In this document: piece after piece, positions 1 to 9,340 of the stretch
Layout: each line of letters starts with the position of its first letter
How positions within the stretch are numbered: the stretch's first letter is position 1
Source: Crocosphaera subtropica ATCC 51142
GTDB lineage: Bacteria > Cyanobacteriota > Cyanobacteriia > Cyanobacteriales > Microcystaceae
Direction: 5' to 3'
Assembly (NCBI RefSeq): GCF_000017845.1
Contig: NC_010546.1
Location: forward strand, 1,710,001 to 1,742,000
DNA: 32,000 nt
The notes under the pieces: model-generated
The model's database searches: none
Told to the model about the DNA's origin: nothing
Seen by the model: only the letters and a program-made list of their open reading frames with translations
Position numbers and translations under genes: made by a program

Positions 1-1292
1 ATGGCTTATCTTTACCCTTAGTTGTTTTGAATAGTTTATTAACCTTAATTGCTATTTATGCCAGTGAGAAAACTATCGAACGTTCTCGGTTTTATTACCC
101 CCTTATTTTAATCTTAAATAGTGGGGTATCAGGGGCATTTTTAGCACAAGATATTCTCTTGTTTTTTCTTTTCTACGAATTAGAAATTATCCCTCTTTAT
201 TTCCTTATTGCCATTTGGGGGGGGAGCAAACGGGGTTATGCTGCCATGAAATTCTTGTTATACACCGCTATTTCAGGATTTTTGGTTTTAGCGTCGTTTT
301 TGGGTTTAGTTTGGCTCTCAGGGGCATCTACGTTTGACTATGAGCCATTACGCTCCCATACCCTACCCCTCTCAACTCAGTTATTATTACTGGCCCCTTT
401 ACTCATTGGGTTAGCCATCAAAATACCCATTTTTCCCTTCCATACTTGGCTACCGGATGCTCATGTGGAAGCGTCTACCCCTGTGTCTGTATTATTAGCA
501 GGGGTATTGTTAAAGTTGGGAACTTATGGACTGTTGCGCTTTGGTGTGGGTTTATTTTTGGATGCTTGGGTTTATATAGCCCCTTGGTTAGCTACGTTAG
601 CAGCCATTAGCGCATTATATGGGGCTTCCTGTGCTATTGTGCAGAAGGATATGAAGAAGGTGGTGGCTTATTCTTCTATTGCTCACATGGCTTATATTTT
701 ATTAGCTGCTGCTGCAAGTACCCGTTTGAGTGTCACCGCAGCAACGTTTCAAATGGTTAGTCATGGTTTAATTTCTGCCATGTTATTCCTGTTGGTTGGG
801 GTGGTTTATAAGAAGACAGGAAGCCGAGATGTGGACTTTTTACGGGGTTTATTGAACCCTCAGCGGGGACTACCCATTACAGGAAGTTTAATCATTTTAG
901 GGGTAATGGCTAGTGCTGGTATTCCTGGAATGGTAGGTTTTATTGCTGAATTTTTAGTATTTCGGGGCAGTTTCCCCATTTTTCCTGTACAAACCTTACT
1001 CTGTTTAGTAGGGAGTGGTTTGACGGCGGTTTATTTCTTATTAATGGTTAACCGTGTCTTCTTTGGTCGTTTAACTCCAGAATTGTCCCAAATACCAAGG
1101 GTTTTGTGGTCTGAGCGTCTTCCTGCGTTTGTTTTAGCCCTTTTAATCGTTATTCTAGGTATTCAACCCAGTTGGATGGTGCGTTGGAGTGAACCCCAAG
1201 CCGGTTTATTGTTAACGGGACAGTCTCAACTAGAAGCAACTGGCAACAGGAAACAGGCCAATGTTAATGTAGACGGGTTGGATATCTCTTAA
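1..1292 (+). CDS. ndhD: NAD(P)H-quinone oxidoreductase subunit 4 (NdhD/NuoM family), 5'-partial at window edge
   Basis: Frame 3 is open from base 3 (GLSLPLVV precedes the TTG that the ORF track uses as start), so the gene enters from upstream. It is a polytopic membrane protein with NuoM/NdhD-type motifs (FLFYELEIIPLYFLI, HTWLPDAHVEASTPVSVLLAGVLLKLGTYG, KKVVAYSSIAHM). Stop TAA at 1290-1292. Confidence 0.85.
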   Translation, partial: GLSLPLVVLNSLLTLIAIYASEKTIERSRFYYPLILILNSGVSGAFLAQDILLFFLFYELEIIPLYFLIAIWGGSKRGYAAMKFLLYTAISGFLVLASFLGLVWLSGASTFDYEPLRSHTLPLSTQLLLLAPLLIGLAIKIPIFPFHTWLPDAHVEASTPVSVLLAGVLLKLGTYGLLRFGVGLFLDAWVYIAPWLATLAAISALYGASCAIVQKDMKKVVAYSSIAHMAYILLAAAASTRLSVTAATFQMVSHGLISAMLFLLVGVVYKKTGSRDVDFLRGLLNPQRGLPITGSLIILGVMASAGIPGMVGFIAEFLVFRGSFPIFPVQTLLCLVGSGLTAVYFLLMVNRVFFGRLTPELSQIPRVLWSERLPAFVLALLIVILGIQPSWMVRWSEPQAGLLLTGQSQLEATGNRKQANVNVDGLDIS

Positions 1293-2659
1293 AATTGACC
1301 TAAAAGTGGTAACTGAATAGTAAAAATACTTCCTTTCCTCACGGTACTTTTGACTTGAATAGTACCGTGATGGGCGGTCACAATAGCTTTAGCGATAGAT
1401 AGCCCTAACCCTGAACCACCTTGTTCCCTAGAACGGGCTTTATCAATGCGATAAAATCGTTCAAAAATATAAGGTAATTCCTTATTATCTATGCCTATTC
1501 CTGTGTCTTGAATTTGAATGATGGCACATTTATTATGTTGTTCTAAAATAATTTTAACTTTGCCCCCCGTAGGAGTATATTGAATAGCATTAATTACTAA
1601 ATTAAATAATAAACGATAAATTTGTTCAGTATTTCCTTTAATTTCTAAGGAAGATTTAACGTTAATTTGTGAAGTTACAGTTATTTTTGATGAAACAGCT
1701 AAATAAGCGATCTCCTCTAAAAGATCATCAATTAAATCATTCAGACAAATTATTTCCTGTTTTAACGAATGATTAGTAGTCATATTTAACTGCCAATCTA
1801 AACGAGATAACATTAATAAATCAGCCACTAAACGAGATAATCTTTGTGTTTGTCGCCCTAAAGTTTCTAAAGTATTTCTTGATTCATTTTCGGTTAAAAA
1901 TGATATCATTAATGTTGATTCTATAGTAGCTAAAATAGCAGCTAGTGGGGTTCTTAATTCGTGGGCTGCATCGGCTGTAAATTGTTGAATTTGGTGATAA
2001 GAGTTAGCAACTGGTTTCATCGCTATCCCCGTTAATATCCAAGCCGACACTCCAATTAATATAATGGTTAAAGGGAGTCCTAATAATAAAATAAATGCTA
2101 CTATTTTTAAATAGTTGTCAAAATCTTCAAGACTTCTAGCAACTTGTAAATATCCCCAGTTTTCTCCATTATTAGTATGTAATAAATAAGATTTTTGTAA
2201 ATAGCGTATTCCTTGATTATCTTTAATAATTATTTGTTGATCTGGCTGTTTTTTTACGGATAATCCTTTGGGATAGTTGCGACTATAAGCAATTAAATGA
2301 TGAGAAAGATCAAAAATTTGTAAGTAATATTGTCCGTTGTCAATGGTTCCAATACGATAAGTAGAAATATTATCTAAAGAAGGACAAGAAGAGTTAACAA
2401 GACATAAATTAGGAAAAAATTGTTCAACGTCGTCACTTAATTTCCCTGGGGTATCAAGAATAATCTCAAAGTTATCATGCAGGGTTCCTGCAACGGTCTT
2501 TAATTCTTTTTCTACTGTGATACGATGAGCATGAATAATAGCTTCATATACCCCGAAACCAATAATTGCTAAAATCAGACTAATGCCACCAATGTACCAA
2601 CTCGCTAAACGTAATTTTGTTTGTTTAAATAATTTTGAATCATCAGTTTTAAATAACAT
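1289..2659 (-). CDS. Two-component sensor histidine kinase with a periplasmic sensor domain
   Basis: Two hydrophobic segments flank a ~150-aa extracytoplasmic domain. H-box AAHELRTPL, N-box LLFNLVINAIQYT, G1 DTGIGI, G2 GGSGLGLSIA. Lies 10 bp downstream of the response-regulator gene on the same strand. Its stop overlaps the ndhD stop by 4 bp (convergent). Confidence 0.85.
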   Translation of the reverse strand: MLFKTDDSKLFKQTKLRLASWYIGGISLILAIIGFGVYEAIIHAHRITVEKELKTVAGTLHDNFEIILDTPGKLSDDVEQFFPNLCLVNSSCPSLDNISTYRIGTIDNGQYYLQIFDLSHHLIAYSRNYPKGLSVKKQPDQQIIIKDNQGIRYLQKSYLLHTNNGENWGYLQVARSLEDFDNYLKIVAFILLLGLPLTIILIGVSAWILTGIAMKPVANSYHQIQQFTADAAHELRTPLAAILATIESTLMISFLTENESRNTLETLGRQTQRLSRLVADLLMLSRLDWQLNMTTNHSLKQEIICLNDLIDDLLEEIAYLAVSSKITVTSQINVKSSLEIKGNTEQIYRLLFNLVINAIQYTPTGGKVKIILEQHNKCAIIQIQDTGIGIDNKELPYIFERFYRIDKARSREQGGSGLGLSIAKAIVTAHHGTIQVKSTVRKGSIFTIQLPLLGQF

Positions 2660-2669
2660 AAATCCACAA

Positions 2670-3365
2670 TTAATTATTAACTAAAAAACGATAACCCAAT
2701 CCATAAACAGTTTCAATACAATTTTCCATACCCGATGGTTCTAATTTACGTCTTAATAGACGAATTTGTGCAGCTACTACATTACTCATTGGTTCATTTC
2801 CCCATTCCCATAGTTGTGAAAGAATCTGATCACGGGTAATAATTTGATTAGGATGTTTCATGAAATATTCTAATAGTTGAAATTCTTTATTGGTTAAAGA
2901 AAGAGGCTTATTATCACCTGTTTCTTCTTGAAAATAAATTGTATAGTTACTGTAGTCTAACGTAATTTTTCCTACAGTTAACTTTTGAGGGTTAATAGTA
3001 GGGAAACGGCGTTGTAATGCTCGTAATCTTGCCAGTAATTCCGCCATTCCAAATGGTTTCACTAAATAATCATCGGCACCGGCATCTAACCCAATTACTT
3101 TATCTTCTTCTCTATCTTTTGCGGTTAACATTAAAATGGGTAAAAAACTATTTTGTTGTCTAATTTTTTTGATTAAATCAATGCCTGATATTTTCGGTAA
3201 TAACCAATCAAAAATACCAATCGTATAGAGATTTAAACCGATTTCTATCAAATCATTCGCTTCTTCTCCATCCTGCGCCCAATCTACAATATAATTATGT
3301 TGAATTAAAGCTCGTTTAATGGCATTTCCTAAGTCATTTTCGTCTTCAACTAATAAAATACGCAT
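2670..3365 (-). CDS. OmpR/PhoB-family DNA-binding response regulator
   Basis: Receiver domain (MRILLVEDE, FDWLLP, MLTAKD, LVKPF) followed by a winged-helix output domain (LTNKEFQLLEYFM, GLGYRF). First gene of an RR-HK operon. Confidence 0.9.
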   Translation of the reverse strand: MRILLVEDENDLGNAIKRALIQHNYIVDWAQDGEEANDLIEIGLNLYTIGIFDWLLPKISGIDLIKKIRQQNSFLPILMLTAKDREEDKVIGLDAGADDYLVKPFGMAELLARLRALQRRFPTINPQKLTVGKITLDYSNYTIYFQEETGDNKPLSLTNKEFQLLEYFMKHPNQIITRDQILSQLWEWGNEPMSNVVAAQIRLLRRKLEPSGMENCIETVYGLGYRFLVNN

Positions 3366-3446
3366 AAGTTTTATTCATTTTTCTGCCTTTTGCTGGTTTG
3401 ATCATCAATATCATATTGAATAATAGTAACAAAAAAAGAATAATGA

Positions 3447-3485
3447 TATTTCATCCTTATTTCATTTTTCAGCGTAATAATATTA
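3447..3485 (+). promoter_or_regulatory. Direct-repeat box ATTTCATCCTTATTTCAT plus a TATTAA -10-like hexamer 15 nt downstream; putative response-regulator-dependent promoter facing the gene at 3602
   Basis: Two identical heptamers with starts 11 bp apart (3447-3453, 3458-3464). TATTAA at 3480-3485. The same box, spacing and hexamer architecture occurs at 13310-13348 and 16750-16788 on the minus strand. Confidence 0.4.
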
Positions 3486-3677
3486 ACGTGATCGTTTAAA
3501 TAGCTAAATGATTAAGTTTTATTACTTAACCGAAACTCTCCAGTAGACTAGATGGTTTACCATAAAAGTAGCAGAAAAGTTAAGTGATTGGAGATAAGAC
3601 AATGAAAATCAACTTAGCTAATAAAACCCTTCAAAGTTCAGCTTTAACAGGAATCACTCTATTAGTATTAAGTTCTA

Positions 3678-4818
3678 TAGCGTTTCTAAATGAGTCGTGA
3701 ATAAAAAAAGCTCTGTTTAGGTAAAATTAAAAGAGTAATTTCAAAAAGAAACAAACTCATGATAACAGACAATAAGGAGAAAATTGAGCTAATTAAAGAG
3801 TTTCTTGAAAATTCATCAAACGGGAGAGAGACTCAAAGAGCTTTAGCGGTAAAGTTAGTGCTAGAAGGCTATCGTTATGAAAGAGTCTCAGAAATTTTAT
3901 CTGTGTCACTAGGATTTATTAGTAAATGGGTTAATGCTTTTAATTTTGGGGGTATAAATGGTTTAAAATCAGGATACAAAGGAAGTAAAAGTTACTTAAC
4001 AAATCAAGAACGTACCGAGATAATTGAGTGGCTAATTGAACAAAAAACCTGGGATATTTCTGAACTAGAAGTTTATCTAATTGAGAAATATGATGTGGTT
4101 TATCAATCTCTTCAAAGTTATTATAAGATTTTAAAAGAGGCGAAAATTTCTTGGCAAAAGGGGCAACAAATTAATCCTAGATATCATGAAGAAGTCACTC
4201 AAAAAAAAACCAAGAAATAGCGCAAATTCTGGAAAATAGACGAGAGGAAATAGATTCAGGAAAGCTGATAGTGTATATAGTTGATGAATGTCATCTTCAC
4301 TGGGAGGATATTTGCGGATATCTATGGAACTTAATAAAAGAACCCTTAAAAATTCCTCTTTTAAATCCTAAAGAAAGACAGACATATTATGGGGCATTAA
4401 ATTTATTAACTCAAGAATTTATTTTGCTTCCTTATCAAAAAGGAAATGGAAAAAACACGGTAGATTTTGTCCAACAATTACAGAAAAAAAATCCCGAAGC
4501 TAAAACCTTATGGATTTGGGATGGAGCCAGTTATCATAGAGGAAAAGAAATGCAAAAGTTTTTAGCTAGAGAAAATCAAGATTTGTCACCAGAAGAATGG
4601 CGAGTAACCTGTTGTCTTTTTGCTCCTTATTCCCCTCAAGAAAATCCCGTAGAAGCAATTTGGTTACAACTCAAAACTTTACTGAGAAGATTTTATAGAT
4701 TTGGGAAAAATTTTAAAATTGTTAAACGTCTTTTTCAACTTTTTGTTGAGTTGAAACTATTCAATCTTCCTAATTTTAAAAACTACGAGGCTTTTTCACG
4801 ATTCAGTTAGACTAGCTA
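3678..4818 (+). mobile_element. IS630-family insertion sequence (1141 bp) with imperfect terminal inverted repeats and a TA target-site duplication
   Basis: The left end TATAGCGTTTCTAAATGAGTCGTGAA (from 3676) and the reverse complement of the right end TATAGCTAGTCTAACTGAATCGTGAA (to 4820) match at 21/26 positions. The TA dinucleotide is duplicated at 3676-3677 and 4819-4820. The size and the two-part HTH + DDE transposase are typical of IS630/Tc1-mariner. Confidence 0.85.
3759..4810 (+). CDS. IS630-family transposase, two ORFs (3759-4220 HTH part; DDE part to 4810) joined by a -1 frameshift at an A9 run
   Basis: The N-terminal ORF has HTH/winged-helix features. The second frame is open from 4190 and contains the DDE_3-type IVDECHL...WDGASYHR...SPQENPVE. 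The run AAAAAAAAA at 4201-4209 lies in the 31-nt overlap of the two frames. Confidence 0.8.
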
Positions 4819-5356
4819 TATTCCTTTATTAGCCGATAATCCTTCTTCAACACCGACATCCGACACGAATACTGTTCCTTGTTGGAATACACCTGCTAAT
4901 TCTCAAACCTATCAACAACATCAGCAATGGATGGCGCAACGAGGTTCCATGATGGGTCAAGAGTGGCATGGAAGTGGTGGTTGGGGACACCATTCTCAAT
5001 ACGGCAGAATGTATGACCCAAATAATCTGACCACTATTAGGGGAGAAGTGGTCAGTGTCAATACCTTTACTCCAAGAGAGGGAATGTCTGGCGGAATGCA
5101 CCTACAGTTACAAACCAACCGTGAAACCGTGGATGTTCATTTAGGCCCGGCTTGGTATCTTCAAAATCAAGATGTTCAAATTCAACCCAACGACACCATT
5201 GAAGTGACCGGTTCAAGAATGAATTTTAATGGCCAATCTGCCATGATGGCTGCCTCTGTCGAGAAAGGAGAGATGACCTTAATGTTAAGAAATGAAAATG
5301 GTATTCCGATGTGGCATGGATGGAGAGGTAATCAATAAAAAATTACTCAGTCTCAA

Positions 5357-5391
5357 GTCTTGACTCTACAGTTTACTACAGACTCTAGACT
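5357..5391 (+). promoter_or_regulatory. MerR-type promoter: TTGACT (-35), 20-bp spacer with imperfect dyad symmetry, TAGACT (-10)
   Basis: TTGACT at 5360-5365 and TAGACT at 5386-5391, giving a 20-bp spacer (over-long, as in MerR-family targets). The 34-nt segment 5357-5390 is an imperfect palindrome (12 of 17 pairs complementary) centred on the spacer. It lies ~30 nt upstream of the merR-like ATG. Confidence 0.45.
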
Positions 5392-5420
5392 ATGAAATAA
5401 CACTAAAGAGACAAAGACCA

Positions 5421-5843
5421 ATGAATCAAGACACTTTACTCAGAATAGGAGAATTAGCCAAACAAACAGGGCTTTCTGTGGGAAATTTACGATATTACAG
5501 TGATTTAGGGGTTTTGCATCCCGTGAAAATTGCGGACAATGGCTATCGTTACTATAGCTTAGATGCGAGTCAACAAGTAGCCTTTATCAAAAAAGCCCAG
5601 GCCCTGGGTTTTTCTCTAGAAGAAATTAAGCGCATTTTAGATGTTAGAGATAGAGGTGAAATTCCTTGTCAGTTAGTGCAAGGTTTACTCGACCAGAAAA
5701 TAGAAGATTTAGAAATAAAAATAAAGCAAATGACCTTATTTAAAGCTGAATTAGAAGAATATCGGGATACTTGGCACAGTAATCCTACCCCAAAGCCTAA
5801 ATCTGATGAGGTTTGCCCTTTAATTTCTAGCGTGTCTCTATAA
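5421..5843 (+). CDS. MerR-family (heavy-metal-responsive type) transcriptional regulator
   Basis: N-terminal MerR HTH (LRIGELAKQTGLSVGNLRYYSDLGVL...GYRYY), a long dimerisation helix, and Cys83, His119 and Cys132 as possible metal ligands. Sits immediately upstream of, and co-oriented with, the P1B ATPase gene. Confidence 0.85.
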   Translation: MNQDTLLRIGELAKQTGLSVGNLRYYSDLGVLHPVKIADNGYRYYSLDASQQVAFIKKAQALGFSLEEIKRILDVRDRGEIPCQLVQGLLDQKIEDLEIKIKQMTLFKAELEEYRDTWHSNPTPKPKSDEVCPLISSVSL

Positions 5844-5879
5844 ATTCTGCCAAAAACTAACTATTTTGAGGATAATCAC

Positions 5880-8159
5880 ATGGAAACTTGCCAGTTACAA
5901 TTACAAGGAATGAGTTGCGCTAGTTGTGCCTCTACCATTGAACAAGCGTTAAGCAATGCCAAAGGAGTCAGAAAAAGTAATGTTAATTTTGCTCTGTCTC
6001 AAGCCACAGTAACATACGATCCAAATCTAACTAATCCATCCTTAATTCAAGACGTAGTTAAAGATATTGGTTATAAGGCTTTTTCCCAACAAGAAAATGA
6101 AGACCAAGGAGATGAAGAAAAAGCAGCCAGAGAAGCCGAACAAAAAGAATTAACCTATAAAGTCATTGTCGGTTGTGTAATTAGTATTTTGTTAATTATT
6201 GGGATGTTACCCATGATGACAGGGTTAGAAATGGCTTGGATTCCTGATTTCTTACAAAGTCGTTGGGGGCAATTTATCTTAGCAACTCCTGTTATTTTTT
6301 GGGTAGGAACTGACTTTTTTACTGGGGCTTGGAAAGCTTTTAAACATCATTCTGCTAACATGGATACTTTAGTATCATTAGGAACAGGAGTTGCTTATTT
6401 ATACTCTTTATTTGCCACTCTATTTCCCGATTTTTTAGAATCTCAAGGCATTTCGGCAGAAGTTTATTATGAAGTAGCTTCGGTAGTGATTACCCTAGTT
6501 TTATTAGGAAAATTATTAGAAAATCGAGCCAAAGGACAAACCTCAGAAGCGATTAGAAAATTAATGGGGTTACAAGCAAAAACTGCAAGAGTGATTCGGG
6601 GTCAACAAGAACTAGATATTCCCATCGATCAAGTAATGGTAAAAGATACCATTGTCGTTCGTCCAGGAGAAAAAATTCCCGTAGATGGAGAAGTCGTTGA
6701 AGGAGAATCTTCGATTGATGAATCAATGGTAACAGGGGAACCTATCCCTGTTAAGAAAAAAGCAGGAGATGAAGTCATTGGGGCAACCATTAATAAGACA
6801 GGAAGTTTTAAATTTAAAGCCACAAAAGTCGGTAAAGATACCATTCTAGCACAGATTGTTAAATTAGTTCAAGATGCCCAAGGTAGCAAAGCCCCCATTC
6901 AACAATTAGCGGATCAAGTAACGGGATGGTTTGTACCAGCAGTGATGGCTGTTGCTATCCTGACATTTATTATTTGGTTTAATGTCATGGGCAATGTTAC
7001 CCTAGCCATGATTACAACCGTAGGGGTTCTCATTATTGCTTGTCCTTGTGCTTTGGGTTTAGCAACCCCCACATCTATCATGGTAGGAACGGGAAAAGGC
7101 GCAGAAAATGGGGTATTAATTAAAGGAGCAGATAGCTTAGAATTAGCCCATAAACTAAATACAATTGTCTGTGATAAAACAGGAACGATTACCCAAGGAA
7201 AGCCCAGTGTAACTAACTATATTACTGTGAAAGAATTAGCTAATAATTATGAAATTGAACTCTTAAAAATCGCTGCTGCTTTAGAAAAACAGTCCGAACA
7301 TCCTCTGGCCGAAGCTGTGGTTAATTATGCCCAATCTCAAGGGGTGAAAATGCCTTTACCCGAAGTTAGGAATTTTGAAGCAGTAGCAGGGATGGGAGTC
7401 CAAGGAAAGGTATCAGGGAAATTTGTCCAAATTGGCACGCAAAGATGGATGGATGCGTTAAACATTAATACCCAATCTTTAGACCCAACTCGTCAACAAT
7501 GGGAACAAGAAGCCAAAACTACCGCTTTAATCGCTATAGATGGGCAAATTGAGGGCTTAATGGGGATTGCTGATGCAATTAAACCCTCTTCAGTTGAAGC
7601 GGTAAAAGCCTTACAAAGAATGGGTTTAGAAGTGGTAATGTTAACCGGAGATAACCAAAAAACCGCCGAAGCAATTGCAGATGAAGTGGGAATTAAACGA
7701 GTTTTTGCCCAAGTTCGTCCCGACCAAAAAGCCAGTACCATTCAACAAATTCAACAAGAAAGATTGAACCGAAAACAAAAAAATAAAATTGTAGCAATGG
7801 TGGGAGATGGTATTAATGATGCCCCGGCTTTAGCCCAAGCAGATGTAGGAATTGCGATCGGAACCGGAACCGATGTAGCGATGGCGGCCAGTGATTTAAC
7901 CCTAATTTCTGGGGATTTAAACGGGATTGTTACCGCCATTCAACTCAGTCATGCCACCATGAGAAATATTAAAGAAAATCTCTTTTTTGCCTACATTTAC
8001 AATACCCTTGGTATTCCCATTGCAGCCGGTATTTTATATCCCTTTTTCGGTTGGTTATTGAATCCCATGATTGCCGGGGCAGCTATGGCTTTTAGTTCTG
8101 TTTCTGTGGTAACAAATGCGTTAAGATTGCGTAATTTTAGCCCGACAGTTAATCGTTAA
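5880..8159 (+). CDS. copA: Copper-translocating P1B-type ATPase (CopA/PacS/CtaA type)
   Basis: N-terminal HMA domain with [12 protein letters not shown] actuator motif, CPC in TM6 ([13 protein letters not shown]), phosphorylation site DKTGTIT, SEHPLA, hinge [10 protein letters not shown]. Confidence 0.95.
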   Translation: METCQLQLQGMSCASCASTIEQALSNAKGVRKSNVNFALSQATVTYDPNLTNPSLIQDVVKDIGYKAFSQQENEDQGDEEKAAREAEQKELTYKVIVGCVISILLIIGMLPMMTGLEMAWIPDFLQSRWGQFILATPVIFWVGTDFFTGAWKAFKHHSANMDTLVSLGTGVAYLYSLFATLFPDFLESQGISAEVYYEVASVVITLVLLGKLLENRAKGQTSEAIRKLMGLQAKTARVIRGQQELDIPIDQVMVKDTIVVRPGEKIPVDGEVVEGESSIDESMVTGEPIPVKKKAGDEVIGATINKTGSFKFKATKVGKDTILAQIVKLVQDAQGSKAPIQQLADQVTGWFVPAVMAVAILTFIIWFNVMGNVTLAMITTVGVLIIACPCALGLATPTSIMVGTGKGAENGVLIKGADSLELAHKLNTIVCDKTGTITQGKPSVTNYITVKELANNYEIELLKIAAALEKQSEHPLAEAVVNYAQSQGVKMPLPEVRNFEAVAGMGVQGKVSGKFVQIGTQRWMDALNINTQSLDPTRQQWEQEAKTTALIAIDGQIEGLMGIADAIKPSSVEAVKALQRMGLEVVMLTGDNQKTAEAIADEVGIKRVFAQVRPDQKASTIQQIQQERLNRKQKNKIVAMVGDGINDAPALAQADVGIAIGTGTDVAMAASDLTLISGDLNGIVTAIQLSHATMRNIKENLFFAYIYNTLGIPIAAGILYPFFGWLLNPMIAGAAMAFSSVSVVTNALRLRNFSPTVNR

Positions 8160-8184
8160 TTGATGAAAATAAGGAGTAACAAAA

Positions 8185-8742
8185 ATGAAATCTAATCAAG
8201 TTATTTTGACCAGTTTATTAAGTCTGGGTTTAATCTTAGGAAATGTCCAACTATCTCAAGCCCAAATGGACATGACTCAATCGGATCATCAATTTTCTCG
8301 AATTGAACAACCTTTATCTTTGAAATTATTAGTTACTTTAGGAGGATTAGGATTAATTGGGGCTGAAGTTTGGTGGTTTTTATTCAGTAAAAGTCAATCA
8401 AAACAAGCAACCACCTATCAAGGAATTCAAGAAGTTGAAATTACAGTTGATGGAGGCTATAGCCCTGACAGAATTAGGGTGAATGCAGGACAACCTGTAA
8501 GATTAAATTTTCTACGAAAAGATCCCAGTAGTTGCCTAGAAAAAGTTATTTTACCTGACTTTCATAAAGCCCTTGATTTACCGATGAATCAAGTGAGTTC
8601 TCTGGAATTTACCCCAAATCAAGCAGGAGACTATACGTTTCATTGTGGGATGAATATGTTTAGAGGTGTTTTAGAAGTGCAAGACACAAACTCACAAGAA
8701 AATCATAATAGTCAAAAATCTGAGTCTGTTGCTTCTGTTTAG
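8185..8742 (+). CDS. Membrane-anchored cupredoxin-like domain protein
   Basis: Signal/anchor sequence and a TM segment, followed by a ~90-aa domain (EVEITVDGGYSPDRIRVNAGQPVRLNF...SSC...YTFHCGMNMFRGVLEV) with Cys/His/Met ligands like the Cupredoxin_1 proteins that commonly follow copA. AGGAG RBS; 25 bp after the copA stop. Confidence 0.7.
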   Translation: MKSNQVILTSLLSLGLILGNVQLSQAQMDMTQSDHQFSRIEQPLSLKLLVTLGGLGLIGAEVWWFLFSKSQSKQATTYQGIQEVEITVDGGYSPDRIRVNAGQPVRLNFLRKDPSSCLEKVILPDFHKALDLPMNQVSSLEFTPNQAGDYTFHCGMNMFRGVLEVQDTNSQENHNSQKSESVASV

Positions 8743-8950
8743 AGTATGAAGATTTAGAAATGATTAAGTTAGCAAAAATATCTAAAAAACCATGTAAAAA
8801 CTACTAGATTAACAAATAATAATAAAATTAGTATGAAATTAAGTTTCATCAATAGTAAGATATATTTTTTCTATCAAAAGGAAGAAGAATGACTGACTAT
8901 AAATCGTTATTATTTCAATATTAAAAACAGATAAATAATAGGAGTTTATA

Positions 8951-9088
8951 ATGTTATTAGTTCACGAAGAATATCAATCTAGCTTTGATGTAGCATTAAA
9001 ATGTGCTGTGGAATGATGAACGGTATGTTTAGAGGAAGATGTCACAATTACTCAACTCCAACAGTTCCCAATAACTAACAATCAGTAG
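8951..9088 (+). pseudogene. Decayed remnant of a Cys-rich four-helix-bundle (DUF326/Csp3-like) copper-binding protein gene
   Basis: AGGAG RBS then ATG at 8951 gives MLLVHEEYQSSFDVALKCAVE followed by a stop. After a frame change, 9020-9088 reads TVCLEEDVTITQLQQ. This resembles the N-terminus of DUF326 proteins (..EQY..CI.AC..C...C..C...CLEE..) but most Cys are lost and the gene is truncated. Confidence 0.35.
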
Positions 9089-9340
9089 GTGGATGGGTAA
9101 ATCTAATTTTTACCCTATCTGTTATTTTATTCTATTTCTTGACCAAGTTTTTCTAAAGGAAAAGTTTGACCTATTTTTCCATTTAGTAGAAAGTGGCTTA
9201 ATTGAAAAAGTTAGTATATGTGAATCGAGCAAGGGAGTACACAGTTATTTTAGCTTTTTTTGTTAACTCAACCTATAAGATCAAGAATAACTAATCCAAA
9301 TATGTGATACTATATTATTAATATATAGCATGGTTTGTTT

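Larger units (their letters stand above)
3602..5338 (+). pseudogene. Secreted Met/His/Trp-rich protein gene (putative periplasmic metal-binding protein), interrupted by an IS630-family insertion
   Basis: ATG at 3602 encodes a signal peptide (MKINLANKTLQSSALTGITLLVLSS...) and then runs into the IS at 3677/3678. Deleting 3678-4820 joins ...agt tct a|tt cct... in frame, with no stop, into the 4931-5338 ORF. The restored ORF is 594 nt (197 aa + stop). Confidence 0.75.

Noticed and set aside
1289-1292. 4-bp overlap of the convergent ndhD and histidine-kinase stop codons (TTAA)
   Set aside because: Real in the sequence but trivial. It is noted only as the tight left boundary of the metal island.
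4847-5101. 84-aa minus-strand ORF
   Set aside because: Antisense to the 3' part of the IS-disrupted gene, whose plus-strand frame is continuous with the upstream signal-peptide exon.
6629-7939. Three minus-strand ORFs (6629-6844, 7493-7741, 7751-7939)
   Set aside because: Antisense shadow ORFs inside the well-supported P1B ATPase gene, with low-complexity products.
8833-8849. Palindrome ATGAAATTAAGTTTCAT containing the box heptamer in inverted arrangement
   Set aside because: It is an inverted rather than direct repeat, has no -10-like hexamer at the conserved spacing and no downstream gene, and lies in very A+T-rich DNA where such 6-bp arms occur by chance.
9104-9124. Hairpin GGGTAAA-TCTAATT-TTTACCC followed by a T-rich stretch, considered as a terminator
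   Set aside because: The stem is short and A/T-rich, the T-tract is interrupted, and no gene ends nearby on that strand. The evidence is insufficient.
9311-9329. Palindrome CTATATTATTAATATATAG just upstream of the RelE-pair antitoxin, considered as a TA autoregulatory operator
   Set aside because: The position is plausible, but the sequence is pure A/T-rich low complexity with 6-bp perfect arms. It cannot be distinguished from chance without binding data.
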